Source: Trichosphaerium sp. ATCC 40318 (taxonomy: Eukaryota; Protista; Tubulinea). From it: DNA of 64,000 bases. Within the stretch, counting starts at the first letter, position 1. Each line of letters starts with the position of its first letter. This document shows positions 49,525 through 63,009 of this stretch, piece by piece. Below the pieces are notes generated by a model. That model ran no database searches. It had not been told where the DNA came from and worked only from the letters and a program-made list of their open reading frames with translations. Both the position numbers and the translations under genes were made by a program. The stretch covers positions 124,001-188,000 of the forward strand of contig JALMLS010000079.1 in assembly GCA_038496445.1 (NCBI GenBank), in the 5' to 3' direction.

Positions 49525-50771
49525 ATGAAGCAACACGTCTCAATAATCATTCTTATCGCTGTAATACTTTCTATTATATCACCATGCGCATGCTTACCAA
49601 ACCCTGGGTTCCTATTCTTATCGATAGGTGGTTCAAATGGTGAAACTCTTGTAATTCAATCATCAGACTTGGCTTTTAACGGTACATACAGACAAACACA
49701 ACAACAAACCCATTTTTTTGACTATTTCCTCAACTATTTTGCTAACACTGTTTTCAGACTTTGGTGATACCCAATTTGATACTGGTATACGAGTAGAACT
49801 GGGCCCGGGTGCAGACACCATAGTGAGTAAGTGTAACTTTTTTTCAGCTTTAAAAAGTTGTTTACACTCATTTTAATCAGTACCTTCGTTGGATGGCCAA
49901 ATGGTATTGTTTGGCTCTACAACATTCAACAGAAATAGTATGGTTGTATCGGTGAGAGCATTAGACAATACAGAGATTTGTTCTGGGTTTGTAAACAAGA
50001 TTTCGGCTGGATTTTTTGTTGATGACACTGTGTTCTTCGCAAAGCAAAGTGATTCTTCAGTGATCACCCGTTACCACCTTGACACCTCAAATGTTGATGA
50101 TTGTATATCTGGGCCTATATCAACTTGTACAATTACACGTCCTTTCTCAAACACCCAAATACATGGAAGTACGCAGTTTATTAGAAAGGATAATTTTGTT
50201 TTGGTTCTTTCAAAGCTGTCACTCTTTTCTCCAGTGTCACCCACGTGTCTTATGATTATTGTAGTGACTGGTGGAGGAAGTGAAATAATGTATCTTTCCA
50301 TTGAAGGAGTTTTAAGTAGTGCTGACAGTACATCCTTTCATGAAGTTCAAGTATCTGCTCTCTTTTCAGATTCTTGTGAACTTGATGTATCGTTACTTCC
50401 ACAACTTGGAGATACAATCATGGGCGAACATAGAATAACTATACTTGATGAGAATAGACTCCTTGCATCTGCGTCTTTCGTTGCTGAAACAATTACAATT
50501 GACAGGGTGACCGGTACTAATAAGTTTAAGTTCACATAGATTTCTGCTTTTTTCGCTAAACAGTCATGTGTTATAGGTGAGCAAATGGCTTATTTTACAG
50601 CACCAGTAGGGTTCCCTAATCTACAACCTACTTTTTATTCTACTACAGCGTTTTGTGCTCCACGAGTACGTCACTTTTACACTTGTTTATTTTATCTGTA
50701 AAACAAACATGATTGTTTTTTAGATCACACCGGAGATGACCGCTTTAAGGATTCAGTTATTATCTCAGTAA
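49525..50771 (+). CDS. Secreted uncharacterised protein, copy B (paralog of 43364)
   Basis: Same signal peptide and exon structure as copy A, with clustered substitutions and indels. Confidence 0.65.
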
Positions 50772-52290
50772 ATTACCAATTTATGTACAATAAAAGTACT
50801 TTACTTGGAAGGTTTAAACTGAGTAGCACTCGTTGTTATGTAGAATGACAGTGTAGTCTTTAATGTAATGTTACATATTTCAATGAATTTCACTTGCGAT
50901 AGTGAGTCTTTATCTCACGTTAACATGACAGCAGCGCCATACCTTTACAAAGATTATGATGGTACATTTATTATAAAATAGCGGAGTTTGTGGGTTTGTG
51001 TGATACTTAGCTACTGCTTGCTAACCGAATGTGATGAGTAAAACAAAACTTGCTCCAACTCGTTTTCTATTGAAAGTTGATACGACCTTACTAATCCCAA
51101 AACGATGCTGTAGCAATATTTGTACCTCTATAACTAAGCCTAAATTGTAAGTGTCAGAATACAAAGCCACAAAGGGTATGAAAGTATACAGTGGAGGTAC
51201 AGACAACTTTTTGGTGCGATGCTCTTGTTTTTACAATTTTGTTTGGCTCTTAACCTTTTTGGTAGTCCCGTTTACAACGCTATGCATTGAAATGATGTTG
51301 ACGATACACGGCTAAACACTCAAAAAATTAGTATCGCACGTGATTTGGGTACTACCTATCATGGTCTACTTTCATTCAAAACTACTTCATTGAAACATTC
51401 ACAAGTTCACTTTTATTGTGCTGCACAACTTGCCCCACGTTAAAGACCTAACTCCGTTCATTAGTCAGTAAATTAATAAAGAAGACACTGAGAACGTTAT
51501 CAGTACATTATAAACATTTTGACATTACGTGTTGCAACTTGCAAATATCCAAAATGATGTTCGGCTATTGTATAATACATATATTGTTGAAGCACGCCAA
51601 AGTGAAACTGTTTCGAGGGTAATGAATTCATGTGAAGTAAACAATTATACAAAAAATTGTTTAGTGAACAGCTGCAGTGTTGGCGCTCTTTTCTAACATG
51701 GAACATTATAGTAAGCTCACTTTTTTCATGTGACTTTTATCAAATACATGAATAACAGTTGTGTAACACAAGATCATCAGCTCTTCCTAGTAATGCCCAG
51801 CTGAAAACTTAACACCACTATTGCCAATAGTCGTGTATAAAACCCGAAAAGGAATAATAAATCGTAACAAAGCACGATTACTATCACAAAGCAGTTTTGA
51901 TATTATTATTTTCTGAACATGTGTGGTTCTTCGCGCTCCTCGGGTTTTCTCCTATTAGCAACTTTTCGCTTCTATAGCACCGCCAATGTTATCGTCACCT
52001 GTCAAATAATCCGAGATTTCTACACGCGACCACTGAGCACGTGTGAATTACTAAGAATCAGGAATAGTGAAAGCAACTGATCTTTTCCAACCAACAACAC
52101 CGTTAGCAACAGCTCATACAAGTACGCCTTAACCACATACTTTTCTACATTTTGTGTCGTATCAATGAAGACTTTGGGAACCACAACCAACATGACTGAG
52201 CAACACATGTTCTTCATACTGCCAGTTTCATTTTTTTGTTTTTTTGGGGTTGGCTGTTGCTAAAAACGAGTTTAGTTAACTAACACAACA

Positions 52291-52882
52291 ATGAAATATA
52301 TCACAGCACTAGCATTATTAGTTGTACTTGCCTGCTATGTAAATGGTACTATATTTTAATTTCTTAAACACCTTACTTTGAACAGGGCAGGGAGCACCGC
52401 CAACAACTACAGCACCCACAACTGCTATACCAGTAGCACCATCAACTGCATCACCCACGACTGCAGCACCCGTAATTCCGTCAACTGCACCACCCACAAC
52501 TGCACCACCGGTAACTCCAACGCCACCACCGACAACTCAGGCTCCAACAACTATGGAGCCAACAACACCAACGCCACCACCAACAACTCAGGCTCCTACA
52601 ACTATGGAGCCAACAACACCGGCCCCACCTACAACTCAGGCCCCTACAACTATACCGCCAACAACTATGGCGCCAACAACGGCTGGACCACCAACAACAA
52701 TACCGCCAACAACTGCTGGACCACCCACAACGCTACCACCAACATCAGCACCATCAACAATTGCGCCATCAACAACAGAACCACCAACCACAGTAGCTCC
52801 AACAAGAGCTCCACCAAGTGCAGGAACATCCCTTGGTTTCATGCTTGTTCTAGGTGTAATTACTACTGTTATAGCTTTGTAA
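52291..52882 (+). CDS. Small mucin-like Pro/Thr-rich surface protein, probably GPI-anchored, 1 intron
   Basis: MKYITALALLVVLACYVNG|QGAPPTTTAP..., (PPTTQAPTTMEPTT)n, and C-terminal SAGTSLGFMLVLGVITTVIAL*. Confidence 0.85.
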
Positions 52883-53139
52883 CTACAGTCCTGGAAATAA
52901 AAAATCTACACTTATTTTGCAAAGACAAAAACGCAGCTTGCAATTCCTTTGCCACGTGTTCCACAAACTACAGACGATTTTTAAAAACCCATGGTTTGTA
53001 TCTCGAATATTTATACCCATAAGGCCGTAACGCACCCACAAACAAGTGATAATAGATGTGCAGTTTTTGTTGAGACGTGAAGAACAGTCAAAACAAAAAC
53101 AATACTTTTTAAGTTTTTTTTCCTCTTTCTTATTTTTGC

Positions 53140-56100
53140 TTACATTACTGTACAATTCTTATCCCTTACACCACGTCTACGACCTCTACCAGTCTCTGCG
53201 CTATCATTTTGTATAACTTCGTCACAATGACGGAATAAAGCATTATGTGGTCCACCATACTCACTGAACAGGCAGAAATAATTGGCTTGATCCTCAACGA
53301 TCGATTTACACATTGCAGAGGATGTTATATGCTCTGCATCATTACTATACAAGAACTCTATAATAGCTTCAACACATGCATATGTCATCGGCTCCTTAAG
53401 AACAAGGGTACCTATCGTAAAAGTTAAAGAGATTGAACTTTAAAAAAAAAAAAAAATCGCTGAACTCAAATATGACTTTTCCCAACGTTATCACGTAACA
53501 CCATGATAAAAAATTTTACTTTTATAGCAATATTAATATTGTTTGAGTAAACTAAAGTGGTTTTGGAAAAGACTAAAGAATTTATACTTGAGCTATGAAG
53601 AGTTGTTTGCGCAGAAAATTTTTTTCAAAGAATTCTTGTTTTGCGCGTGCTTAACTAGTTTTTAGTTTTTAGTACCTTTAGAGCACTCTGTCATTCCTGA
53701 ACGGAATAAACAAGCAAAGTAATCGCATCTAGCAGCTAATATTGCTTTGTGACATTTCAAATTTTTATCTTCAATAACCAATGTAAAATCAGTCATAACT
53801 TGTTCTTTGAATAGTTTAAGCAATGCTGTCCCGACTATCTTTTCATTCCTTGGTATGATGTCATGCGAAAAATCCTCTTCAAGCTATAGAATAAATGTTA
53901 ACACTAAGGGTATGACATAGAATCCACGTTGTAGAGATGGAAGAAAGCTAGAAAACGAAAGATGTTTTAACTCGAAAAAAAAAAAGACGAACCTCCGGAA
54001 TGTTCAATTTATCGAACTCAGCCTTCATGTTTTGTAGTTTGTCAGCATTGGATACATGCTCAATCATCCATTTCCTCATAAATAATCCATATTTTTTAAT
54101 GGGGTATTGCTCTTAAACAGTCGTAAATAAACGCTGTTACGCGATTGGTGAAAATGTTAAAAAAACTCAAGTTACCATAAGGCTTCGCATATTCCAACAC
54201 ATTATCTTCTGTCAGCATTGTTGAAGTAAGGTAGTAACATAATTGCTCCAAGTACAACTGCTCAAAATGTATACTGAGCGATAGTAAACTAATAAGGTCC
54301 ACAACTTCAATGTCAAGATCAGCTAAAAACAAAACAGAGTAAGCAAACTAATAAATCGAAAAAAAGGACTACTGCGGCGCACGTGGTAAGTTCCCTGTAT
54401 AAACAAACTCTAAAAATAAATCAAATGACTTTGCAGATACTTTAGAAGGTATTGCTTCACTCTCGAGTAGTGCTGGGGCTCTGGAGAAGAAGTGTTAAGG
54501 CAAGAAAAAAACGAGAGTTTTTCGTTAAATTGTTACCTTGCATGTAGAATGGCTTTGTGCGTTTTAAACGTTCTACCTTCAACAACAATATCAAAATCAG
54601 TAAATTGTTCTGTCCTAAAGAATTCCTTCATATGTACTGCCAAGAAATTGACTTCAGGTACTAGTAAAAAGTGTGAGCGCAAAAAACAAAAAAAACAAAA
54701 AAATTTGTGTTTTCTCAAAAGAGTTAATAACTAAATACACGCGCAAGCACGTGGTAATTTTTAATAATAACGTCAATAAATAAATATGGACTGTAAACAA
54801 ATAAATTTTGTTAGATTAGTGTCGCAGGAAGGAGAACTCGTAGTTCAACGTTTGCTTTTCTTCCTTACCTTTTGTATCCAAGATGAACATATCGTTGAAC
54901 AATGACCGCCCATCATACCCACCAAACAGTATTACTTTATTTTGAAATACTGTAGCAGAACAATGACTCCTTGGTGTAGGGACTTGTCCCTTAACCTTAA
55001 AATAAGACCACTTGAGCCTCTCTAAATGTCTTTGTTATTCCAGAATTTTCGAAAACAAAAAAGCTGACATACGTGTATCAAACATATAAACATTATTAGT
55101 ACGTGCACCGCCATTATGTCCACCAAAAACAAATATCTTTGATGATATCGCAACAGCTGAATGGTAAGCTATAGCAGGCGGAATATCACCGCTAACCTCA
55201 GGCACACTACAATGCATAGTCTCTTTTCAAAAAATATGTCAATAAATAAAATAAAAAAAGCAAAACGCCTACCAGTGTCCAACACGTGCAAGTCAGCGAG
55301 CATAACATCACCATTAGTACCACCAAAAAAATAAACTTTCTTTTGCACAACTGTAGCTGTAGCTGCAGCACGCTTAGACGGTGCTGTACCTAAACAGAAA
55401 TCAAAAAAAAAAAATCTTTCAAGAAAAAAAAAAAACACAACTCCACTCGAGTTATTGAAAACCGTACCATGTGTTTTTACCGCTTCCCATTTACCTTCCA
55501 TTTGCTTTGTAACCTCATTATACTTAATTTCAGACGTATTAATTACATAAATCTCGTTCATTCGGATATTCCCGTCCCAGCCACTGAAAATATACAGTTT
55601 TGTGCCCACAACGGATGACGTATGATAACAGTGCGGTGGAGGAGGGCTTTCACAAACAACTTCCGTCCAAACCATTGTATCTAATAAAAAGCGTTAATAC
55701 GTCTATAAGTAGGTTGCCGATAATTTTTGGACGCGTGTGAGCGTAATATAACGGTTGATTGACGCATACCAGTGTCTAAAACCCAAAAATCATTGAATTG
55801 CACTTTGCCGTCGAAACCACCGAATATGAAAGTGTGGTTCCCAATAGATATACCAGTATGAGCGCAACTGCAGGCGTTTTAGCTAAATTTGTACATTTCA
55901 TGGCGAATACCGTTTACTTGGCTTCTTTCCTGTTGTATGCTCTAGAACCCATTCCAGTCGCTCTGATTAGTAAATTAGTAAGGTTTGTAGAGTGTTTTAA
56001 AACAAAACATAACAAATATTTGGGAACGCCTGTACCTGGGTTAAAAGTATATAGATCATCAAAATAACGTCCACCGTAGCCTCCAAACAAAACCATTCGA

Positions 56101-56210
56101 CCTTCAACCATTGTTGCTGAGTGGGCAAAGTGCTCTTTAGGTGGAGAGCCTTTACATACGTCCGCTGTAACGCGCGTCCACTCCATCTCCTCTGGTATGA
56201 AACGTATCAT
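53140..56210 (-). CDS. LZTR1-like Kelch-repeat + tandem BTB protein with C-terminal CaaX, about 11 introns
   Basis: Six Kelch repeats (HSA..LFGG.DG..ND). BTB1 FTDFDIVVEGRTFKTHKAILHAR and BTB2 TDFTLVIEDKNLKCHKAILAARCDYF. The protein ends GRGRRRGVRDKNCTVM*. Confidence 0.88.
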
Positions 56211-56762
56211 AATGTATTTTTGACCGTTTGGGTAGTAGATTAGTTATTTAATCTTCCCCGACGCGTATCAGCGCTTGGTTGGTATTTTAGAAAAATAAAG
56301 ACACCAAATGGCAGCGATAAAGCTAATTTTTAGTGGACTAAATAGAGTCTAAGAATGGAGTGTTAATTGTATTAACAAACTCACCTTCTGTTTTTTTTGC
56401 TTAAAGAATTCGTTTCAGGTTTTTGACTGTAACTTAACGCAAGTGCTAAGTCGCGTTTAGCGAAATTTCACCTTGGCACTAATGTAATTGATGGTATTAC
56501 TCAAAAAAACTGCTGAGTTGAACAAAAACAAACTACAAAAAAACTGTCACGTGACTTTACCAATGCGTAATTATAGGTCTAACTTTACATTTACATTTAT
56601 CCGAGTACAGTACAAACTATGGAACCTCAATCTCCTGCTTTACATAATTGTCCGCATAAACTGCGTGTGACTTATTCCATAACTTCTACTCCTCACTGAT
56701 TGAAAATGCACTTGGTACAACTACTCTTAAATTACGTTTTAAACAGTTTAACTCACACAACG

Positions 56763-58415
56763 ATGTACAAGCAGAAGCTGTTGTTGCTCATAATAATTCC
56801 GAGCGTTCTTTGCTCTCTTTCATGGCCTGGTATTGGTAACTTCTCTGCACCTACACTAAGGTACAGCTTCGGATAGGAGATGTCCCATTATGAGCGAAGC
56901 ATTTTATATTAATCCGATATTAGCTACCCTCTCGTAAATTTCGATCAAGTGGCTGGTAAACCTGTTTTTTGGAACAACAGAAACACTTCTTTTGAAGGAA
57001 AAATTGTTTTTGTTGAATACGATTTTCCGTTAGCCGGAGTACCTTTGGAACCTATAATAGTTGATTATCAGCGTCATGGACCAGCTGCTATTGTTTTTAA
57101 GGACGATTCAAACGATCCCGGTAAAATATGGCTGAATAGTAATCATAAACATCGTCACGTGAAAGTACCCGTTGTCGCAATGAAAGGTGAGATTGCCTAA
57201 GTGTTCTTTTTTTGTGAATCTGACTCCCCGAGAGATGACGATTTCAATGCGTTGATTGAACTGTTTACGAACGAAACCTACTTGCAAAATAACATCACAC
57301 TGACGCATGGTACGGTGCAATGATAGAGGGTTCTATATCTAATAGTATAACAGAGGAGAACAAGTGGGAACAAACTCTCGGTTCAATGTTGTTTGTCCTT
57401 TTGGCACAACTTCCTTTTCTCTTATGGAGTCTTACTCTGATGTCTTTGTGTGTTTACAGACTCTATTGTATGTCGTCATCAAGGAGCAACAAGAGATGTA
57501 ACGTAACTCCAATGTTACTTATTCTAATGCTAGAGTTGCTAGCAAATACTGGTACGAAGAGACAAAACGACCTCAATTTTGGAAACTAATTCTCTTCCCT
57601 GGAAACAGAACGCTTTATCTTTGCCATTGATTTGTTTGGAAGTCGTCGATTATACCCTCCTTGGATGGCATACGTATCATATAGGCATACAATCCCTTAT
57701 TCTCTTGGATCGTTCTTGATCATGGCTGTCCACTGGAACGAGATTTTGAAGGCCAATCAGGTCGTTATAAACAGATTTTTAAGTCGATCGAATAAGATAA
57801 TATACGCAACAGTCATCGCTCTGATACTTGTAGAAACGATAATAGATATTGTAGGATCAGTCGTACGTTATTTTGAATAAGAACAACCATCCATTCTGAC
57901 TCTTTTTTGGAAATAGTTAACAGTTCAGCTGTTTTATTTAATTCCTCTTATACTTTACTTCATTTTCACGGCCTTGATCGCCATATTTTACAATGCAACT
58001 GCTATACGCGTATTGATGAGAGTGTCCAAGCTTCGTGTATGCAACGATAAACCCGCTATAACTGGTGTACGCCAACTATGATCTTCACACTAAAAAAAAA
58101 ACTAACTAATTTTGTGACTAGGCTATGTACAAAGCCCTCATGGTTGGTATCATTCTCATCATTATTCTTGTCTTCACTATTCTATTCTTACCAAGCATAT
58201 ATACATACGCTGTCAACTACGTTATCATTCGGTCTACATACACATTCTTGTGGTTTGCAGCAAGCACGTTCCAAATTTTACATTTCTATGATACAACAGA
58301 CTGGTCGGGAAGAGCTGCGTCTTCAGTTTTTGGAATCAAAGTCGACAGTAGTTCTCCTAGACAATCTAGAAACACTATGAGTAGTGTAGTGCGCTCAGTT
58401 ACTGACATAAAGTGA
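56763..58415 (+). CDS. Signal peptide + PA-like ectodomain + seven-TM receptor-like protein, 6 introns
   Basis: FEGKIVFV..YQRHGPAAIVF..VKVPVVAM is PA-like. About 7 hydrophobic segments follow, then a Ser-rich tail. Confidence 0.75.
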
Positions 58416-60147
58416 AAGTGTCTAATCAAAATCAAAATAAAAAAAAAAGATGCTTTCAAAACTTCAACGATTATTTTACAAGTGAATAGATTAATATTAT
58501 CACCTACTGCTCACCGCTTGAACATCCATAACAATCTCAAATAAAATTTCTAACACACTTGGAGGAAAAAAAACCCGTTCCAAACTATACACGTGAGGTG
58601 AAACCACTCAAAACTAAACGTTCTTTAACATTAAATTTTTTTTATAGTTAATCAATCAAAGTACTACCGTGTAGTTTTAACTTGTACAGTTGAGAATAAC
58701 TTGTTCGCGATTAACCATTACCTCGCGCATGCGATGAAAGAACTGTAAATTATCTTCGCGTTATAAAGCCCTTAGTTCGGAATACCTTCCGCGCTGATGC
58801 CTATTTTGAGTTAAACATGTTCAGTTCACTTTTTTTTTCCCAAGTGCTAACCTGTCTCGATGTTTTAAGGCTCAAAGGATAGTAAGGAACTAAGTATCCT
58901 ACCCCATTATTGTTTTTATTTTAGGTGAAGTTATTATCATAACAACTTGCCTCCTTTATGGTGCACAAGTTACGCTAGTGAACAAATCAATTGCGAAATC
59001 CTGTACTTTTCTTACCGCCGAGAGATTGCTCTAATGCTTGCTAACTAAGTGTTGATACTGCTCTTAAAAAAATACTATGCTTCGCTATTTCTCAGTCTGT
59101 TTGTGCCCTTTAAGGTTGTTTGAACGCGCCGTGAGTATAAAGAGAAGTAACTACAGGCTAGAAAGCGGTCAGTAAGGAACATTGTTTTTAAATACGAAAA
59201 AAATTATTTAGTTTTTACCTCACATCTTCTCTACGCGTGATCTTTCTTATCACGTGTTATGAAGAGTTATAAAGACATTTTTAAAAAATAACTTACAAAC
59301 AGAGAAGAAATATTCGTTTGTACCACAGTAGTATGGTCGCCTAGGTTGGCGTCGAAATGGGTTGTGTAGAGCAGTTTAACAGCGTCATCTTCAAAGGTGA
59401 AAAATAGATTGGTTTACCTCTAGCACGAGATTTAGAACAATAAGGAGTAGAATAATGCACATTGAAAGATATTAATCTCTGGAAAGCGTACCCAGGCATC
59501 GCTAGCGTTTAGGCAATGAGTGATGACACCAAAACTGGGTAGTATTGAAAATAAAGCCAACTTTTTACTATTCTACCAGGGTTAGCAAAAACGTGACTAT
59601 CACGTGGTATCGTACCATTTAATATATAATAACACACAAAGCCTTGTACATGGTTTCTTGTGATATGAAGGTGTAATCTCTAGAACACAAGCCAAAAAGA
59701 AAGAACTGAATTGTTTTGATTAAGTCAAAAATTCGCAAACGCCGACTAGGTTAACTGAAGGTAACGCCTCTAACGCTCATCCCCTCATACCTAATGACAG
59801 CAGTGTGAGTAATAACAAACAAATAAACTTGATTTATACTAGTTAGGGACAATCATTCTCCAATCTTTCAGTCCGACACACTAAACCTTTCAGAAGCGAA
59901 AGAGATATCTGTAGCATCACCTATGAGGATTGTTGTTAAAGATAAACACAATATTGAACGCGTACGTGGTAGTAGAAGACAAATAAAACACGCCTTCCTT
60001 TTAAATACATTATACAATAAACAACAAGCGAGCAAACATCAATACCATGACGTTGTTGGCCTTGTAGTTGTTGTTTGTTTGTTTGTTTGTTTGTGAACTA
60101 TTAGTTTACAACATTTCTGAAAACGGACTGTGTAGAATCCATGGAGC

Positions 60148-60807
60148 TTGTTCTCTATCTCCCATAGAGAGTGTGATAGTACGTGGTTCGGTAAGAATCC
60201 TCAACCTGTATTATACGCACTTTGCTGTATCACTGGATTAAACCTTGGCGTAAAGTTTGAGAGAGACGAGAGAGGAGATTTTTTCCGTGTAGAGTACGTT
60301 TGTTTTTTTTTTTTTTTGGTTTGTTTTTCTGTTAGTTTTTTAAACGCGTCTGTACGATCACGTGATATGCTAATTATCTAAAACTAGTAATCATAACGTC
60401 TTCATGCTTGCTTTTAGTATTTTTACATTACAAAAACCTAAGAAACCAAAGAATCAGTACAGCATATACAAGGCAATGAAAAGGTAAGCGTCAAAAATCA
60501 AACAGGTCAAAAAAACAACATAATAAATGCACCCTATTTTCTGGAAATCACTATCATGGCTGATATACGCTTTAGATGGGTTAATATGATGGATCATAGG
60601 CGTAAGGATAGACAATGGAGGTTCCGAATACGTAGAGATGAAAGAGAAAGATGGGATGCTGTAATGCAGCAGTTCTATGCTTTTATGAGTACAAGACCAT
60701 CTATTTTATGGACATGGCAGTGCGACAACTCAAAAGAAATAATACACATTGACTGTTTAGATTTTTCTGTTTTGCTTAAATCTGTTGTATGGGCATCAAC
60801 TTTGTAG
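60148..60807 (+). CDS. Possible multi-exon hypothetical protein; model unresolved
   Basis: Coding-like exons with GTACGT/GTAAGC donors and a terminal ORF 60556-60807. No recognisable domain. Confidence 0.3.
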
Positions 60808-61530
60808 TGTAAAAGAAAAAAGACTACTAAAGATTGTATTTATTTCTTCCGGTTGTAAAAGTACTTGGTTGTTGTTTTCATTTTTTCTGGAATTGCTGAG
60901 CTGTTTATTCCATTACTACCTACCCTTGTAGTACTATAAAACACTCGGAGAATGCTAGTATTGTGGAGTTTATTTGTACGGCAAGAATAGAGTCACGTGT
61001 GATAGAGTAGACTCTCAATTAAAGTATCACGTTTTTTTACTTCAGAGTTTTAGGCGGACAACTTTTTTTTCAGCCTATTTTCGCGTTATACTACAGTTTC
61101 CGAGGCTAAAAAACTTCCATGTAGTAGAGGGTATCTTCTAGTTGAATATGAAACGTTTGGTACGGCGTACAACGTTCTTTTGCGGAGATTGACTCAAAAT
61201 TACACGCAAATTTTTGTGTTCAAATACTTCGAGTTTACGGTCGTTCTAGCGTCATAGGTCGCCATAAAACTACGTAGGAGAATAAAACAAAATGTGTTGT
61301 CACTGCACTTTCTGTATCAAGTCATATTGTAGCCTAGGAAAGCGAAACAAAGTGTAAGCGAATACAGAATTAGATCGTTAGTTCCTTTACACTACTCAAA
61401 ACCCTTGTCGATTTTTTCTTGTTGAAAACGTCATGACCGTTTCACGTTCACTGCTTGATCAAACAAACCAAAAGGCCTGCTACCGACAACAGCTGTGGCT
61501 CCTTTTTTTTGTTTAAACTTGTCATCAACA

Positions 61531-63009
61531 ATGCGTATTGTTCTGGTTGTTCTAATGTATGTACCTTTTTAGTTTTTTTTGAAATTAATCACGTGATAGG
61601 TTCGTTTGCTTGGCAAACTGTTGTACGAGCAATACATGGGATGAAAGTCTCCCAAATATGCCAAAAGCGACAGGAGAAGTTGCTGGTGCCGTTATTGGTG
61701 ATGCCATGTATCTCGCTGGAGAGGTAATTTAGTTAATGAATGCCGTTTGACACAGAAAACTTTTTTCCATCGAAAAGTCGGTCGAAAAATATTGTTAATT
61801 AAACTCCATTTCCTTCAACTTTCTGGGATTTGTTCTCTAACTAGTGTTAGGATAATACCGAGACCTTCAAGTTTGATTTCAAGACAAACAAGTGGTCAAC
61901 TGTAGCAAGCAGAATACACGCTGGTAACCACAACTCGGCTCACGTTATCGATGGTAAAGTGCTGAAAAAAAATTTCATCCTACTTTTTCTTTGCCTCTTA
62001 TTTGTCAACTAGGCTTGTGGTATATTGTTGGTGGTATTGACGCCAACTCATATGGTACCGTACAGATATACAATACTAAAACGGACACCTGGAAAGAAGG
62101 CAAAACGTAAGTGACTTTTCGCTTCGTCAAGTTTTTTTTGTGAGATAATGTGATATCTTAGCATGCCTTGGGATGGTGGTTCAGTATGCTCTGCCTACAT
62201 AGATGGTTATATTTACGCTTGTGGAGGTGTTCAAGGCTTTGAGAATGGTCATAAAAGAGGTGGAACAAACACAACCTCACAATGTGGAAAATATGATGTC
62301 GGTACGATTAAACAGATGATTACTACTTGGGCTAAGTTCTATAGCTACTAATTCATGGACCTACATGAAATCTATGCCATATGGAAGGTAATCAGTACTC
62401 AGATATCTAGATAATTAACTAACCGTTTGCTTGAGAAATCACGCTGCAACTACTTCTGAAGGAGACAAGATGTGGGTTTTTGGTGGAAGAATGGGCGGAA
62501 ATTATCCTACTAATGGGTACAATACTGTTCAGGTCTATGATCCAAAAACAGATAAGTGGGAGGTACAAATAATTAAGAGGAAAAAAAAATCACGTGATTT
62601 TTTAACCGTTGAAAATAGACAAGCGAAGATCGAGACTCAAAACTCAAACCGTTCCCTCAAGAAAGAGGTACAACAAAAAACTTCAAGTATTTTTTGTGGT
62701 GGCATGTATTTTAACTTGATCAAAGGTGGTATGGGTACAGCAAGGTATGCTAAAAACGCAAATGGCGTAGGAGAGTTCTACATATTCGGAGGAGAAACAC
62801 AAAATGGTAAAAACGCAACGTCTAATTTTGTGTATTCTCGTGTTGACATCTATAATCCTTCCACCAATTCATGGCGTTCTGGAAAGAATATGCCTCTACC
62901 TAGACATGGTATATATCCTCTTCTATACCAAGGTAAACTTTACATTGGTGGTGGAGGTATTCATCATGGGCATTCGACAACTGATCACTTTGATTCTTAC
63001 TGCATTTAA
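61531..63009 (+). CDS. Secreted Kelch-repeat beta-propeller protein, 7 introns
   Basis: Signal peptide MRIVLVVLMFVCLANC, followed by GEVAGAVIGDAMYLAGE, YIYACGG, RNHAAT..MWVFGGR, FYIFGGE and MPLPRHGIYP..LYIGGG. Confidence 0.88.

Larger units (their letters stand above)
42778..50780 (+). repeat. Direct segmental duplication, about 42778-44585 versus about 48440-50780, flanking the peroxidase gene
   Basis: Near-identical promoter, exon and intron sequence, for example ATGAAGCAACACGTCTCAATAATCATTC at 43364 and 49525. Confidence 0.92.

Noticed and set aside
52378-53022. 214-aa Asn/Thr-rich ORF
   Set aside because: It is an alternate frame of the Pro/Thr mucin. The spliced signal peptide and GPI-like tail are in the other frame.
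58416-59900. Possible gene or ncRNA in the long spacer
   Set aside because: No ORF, consistent exon chain, repeat or recognisable RNA motif was found.
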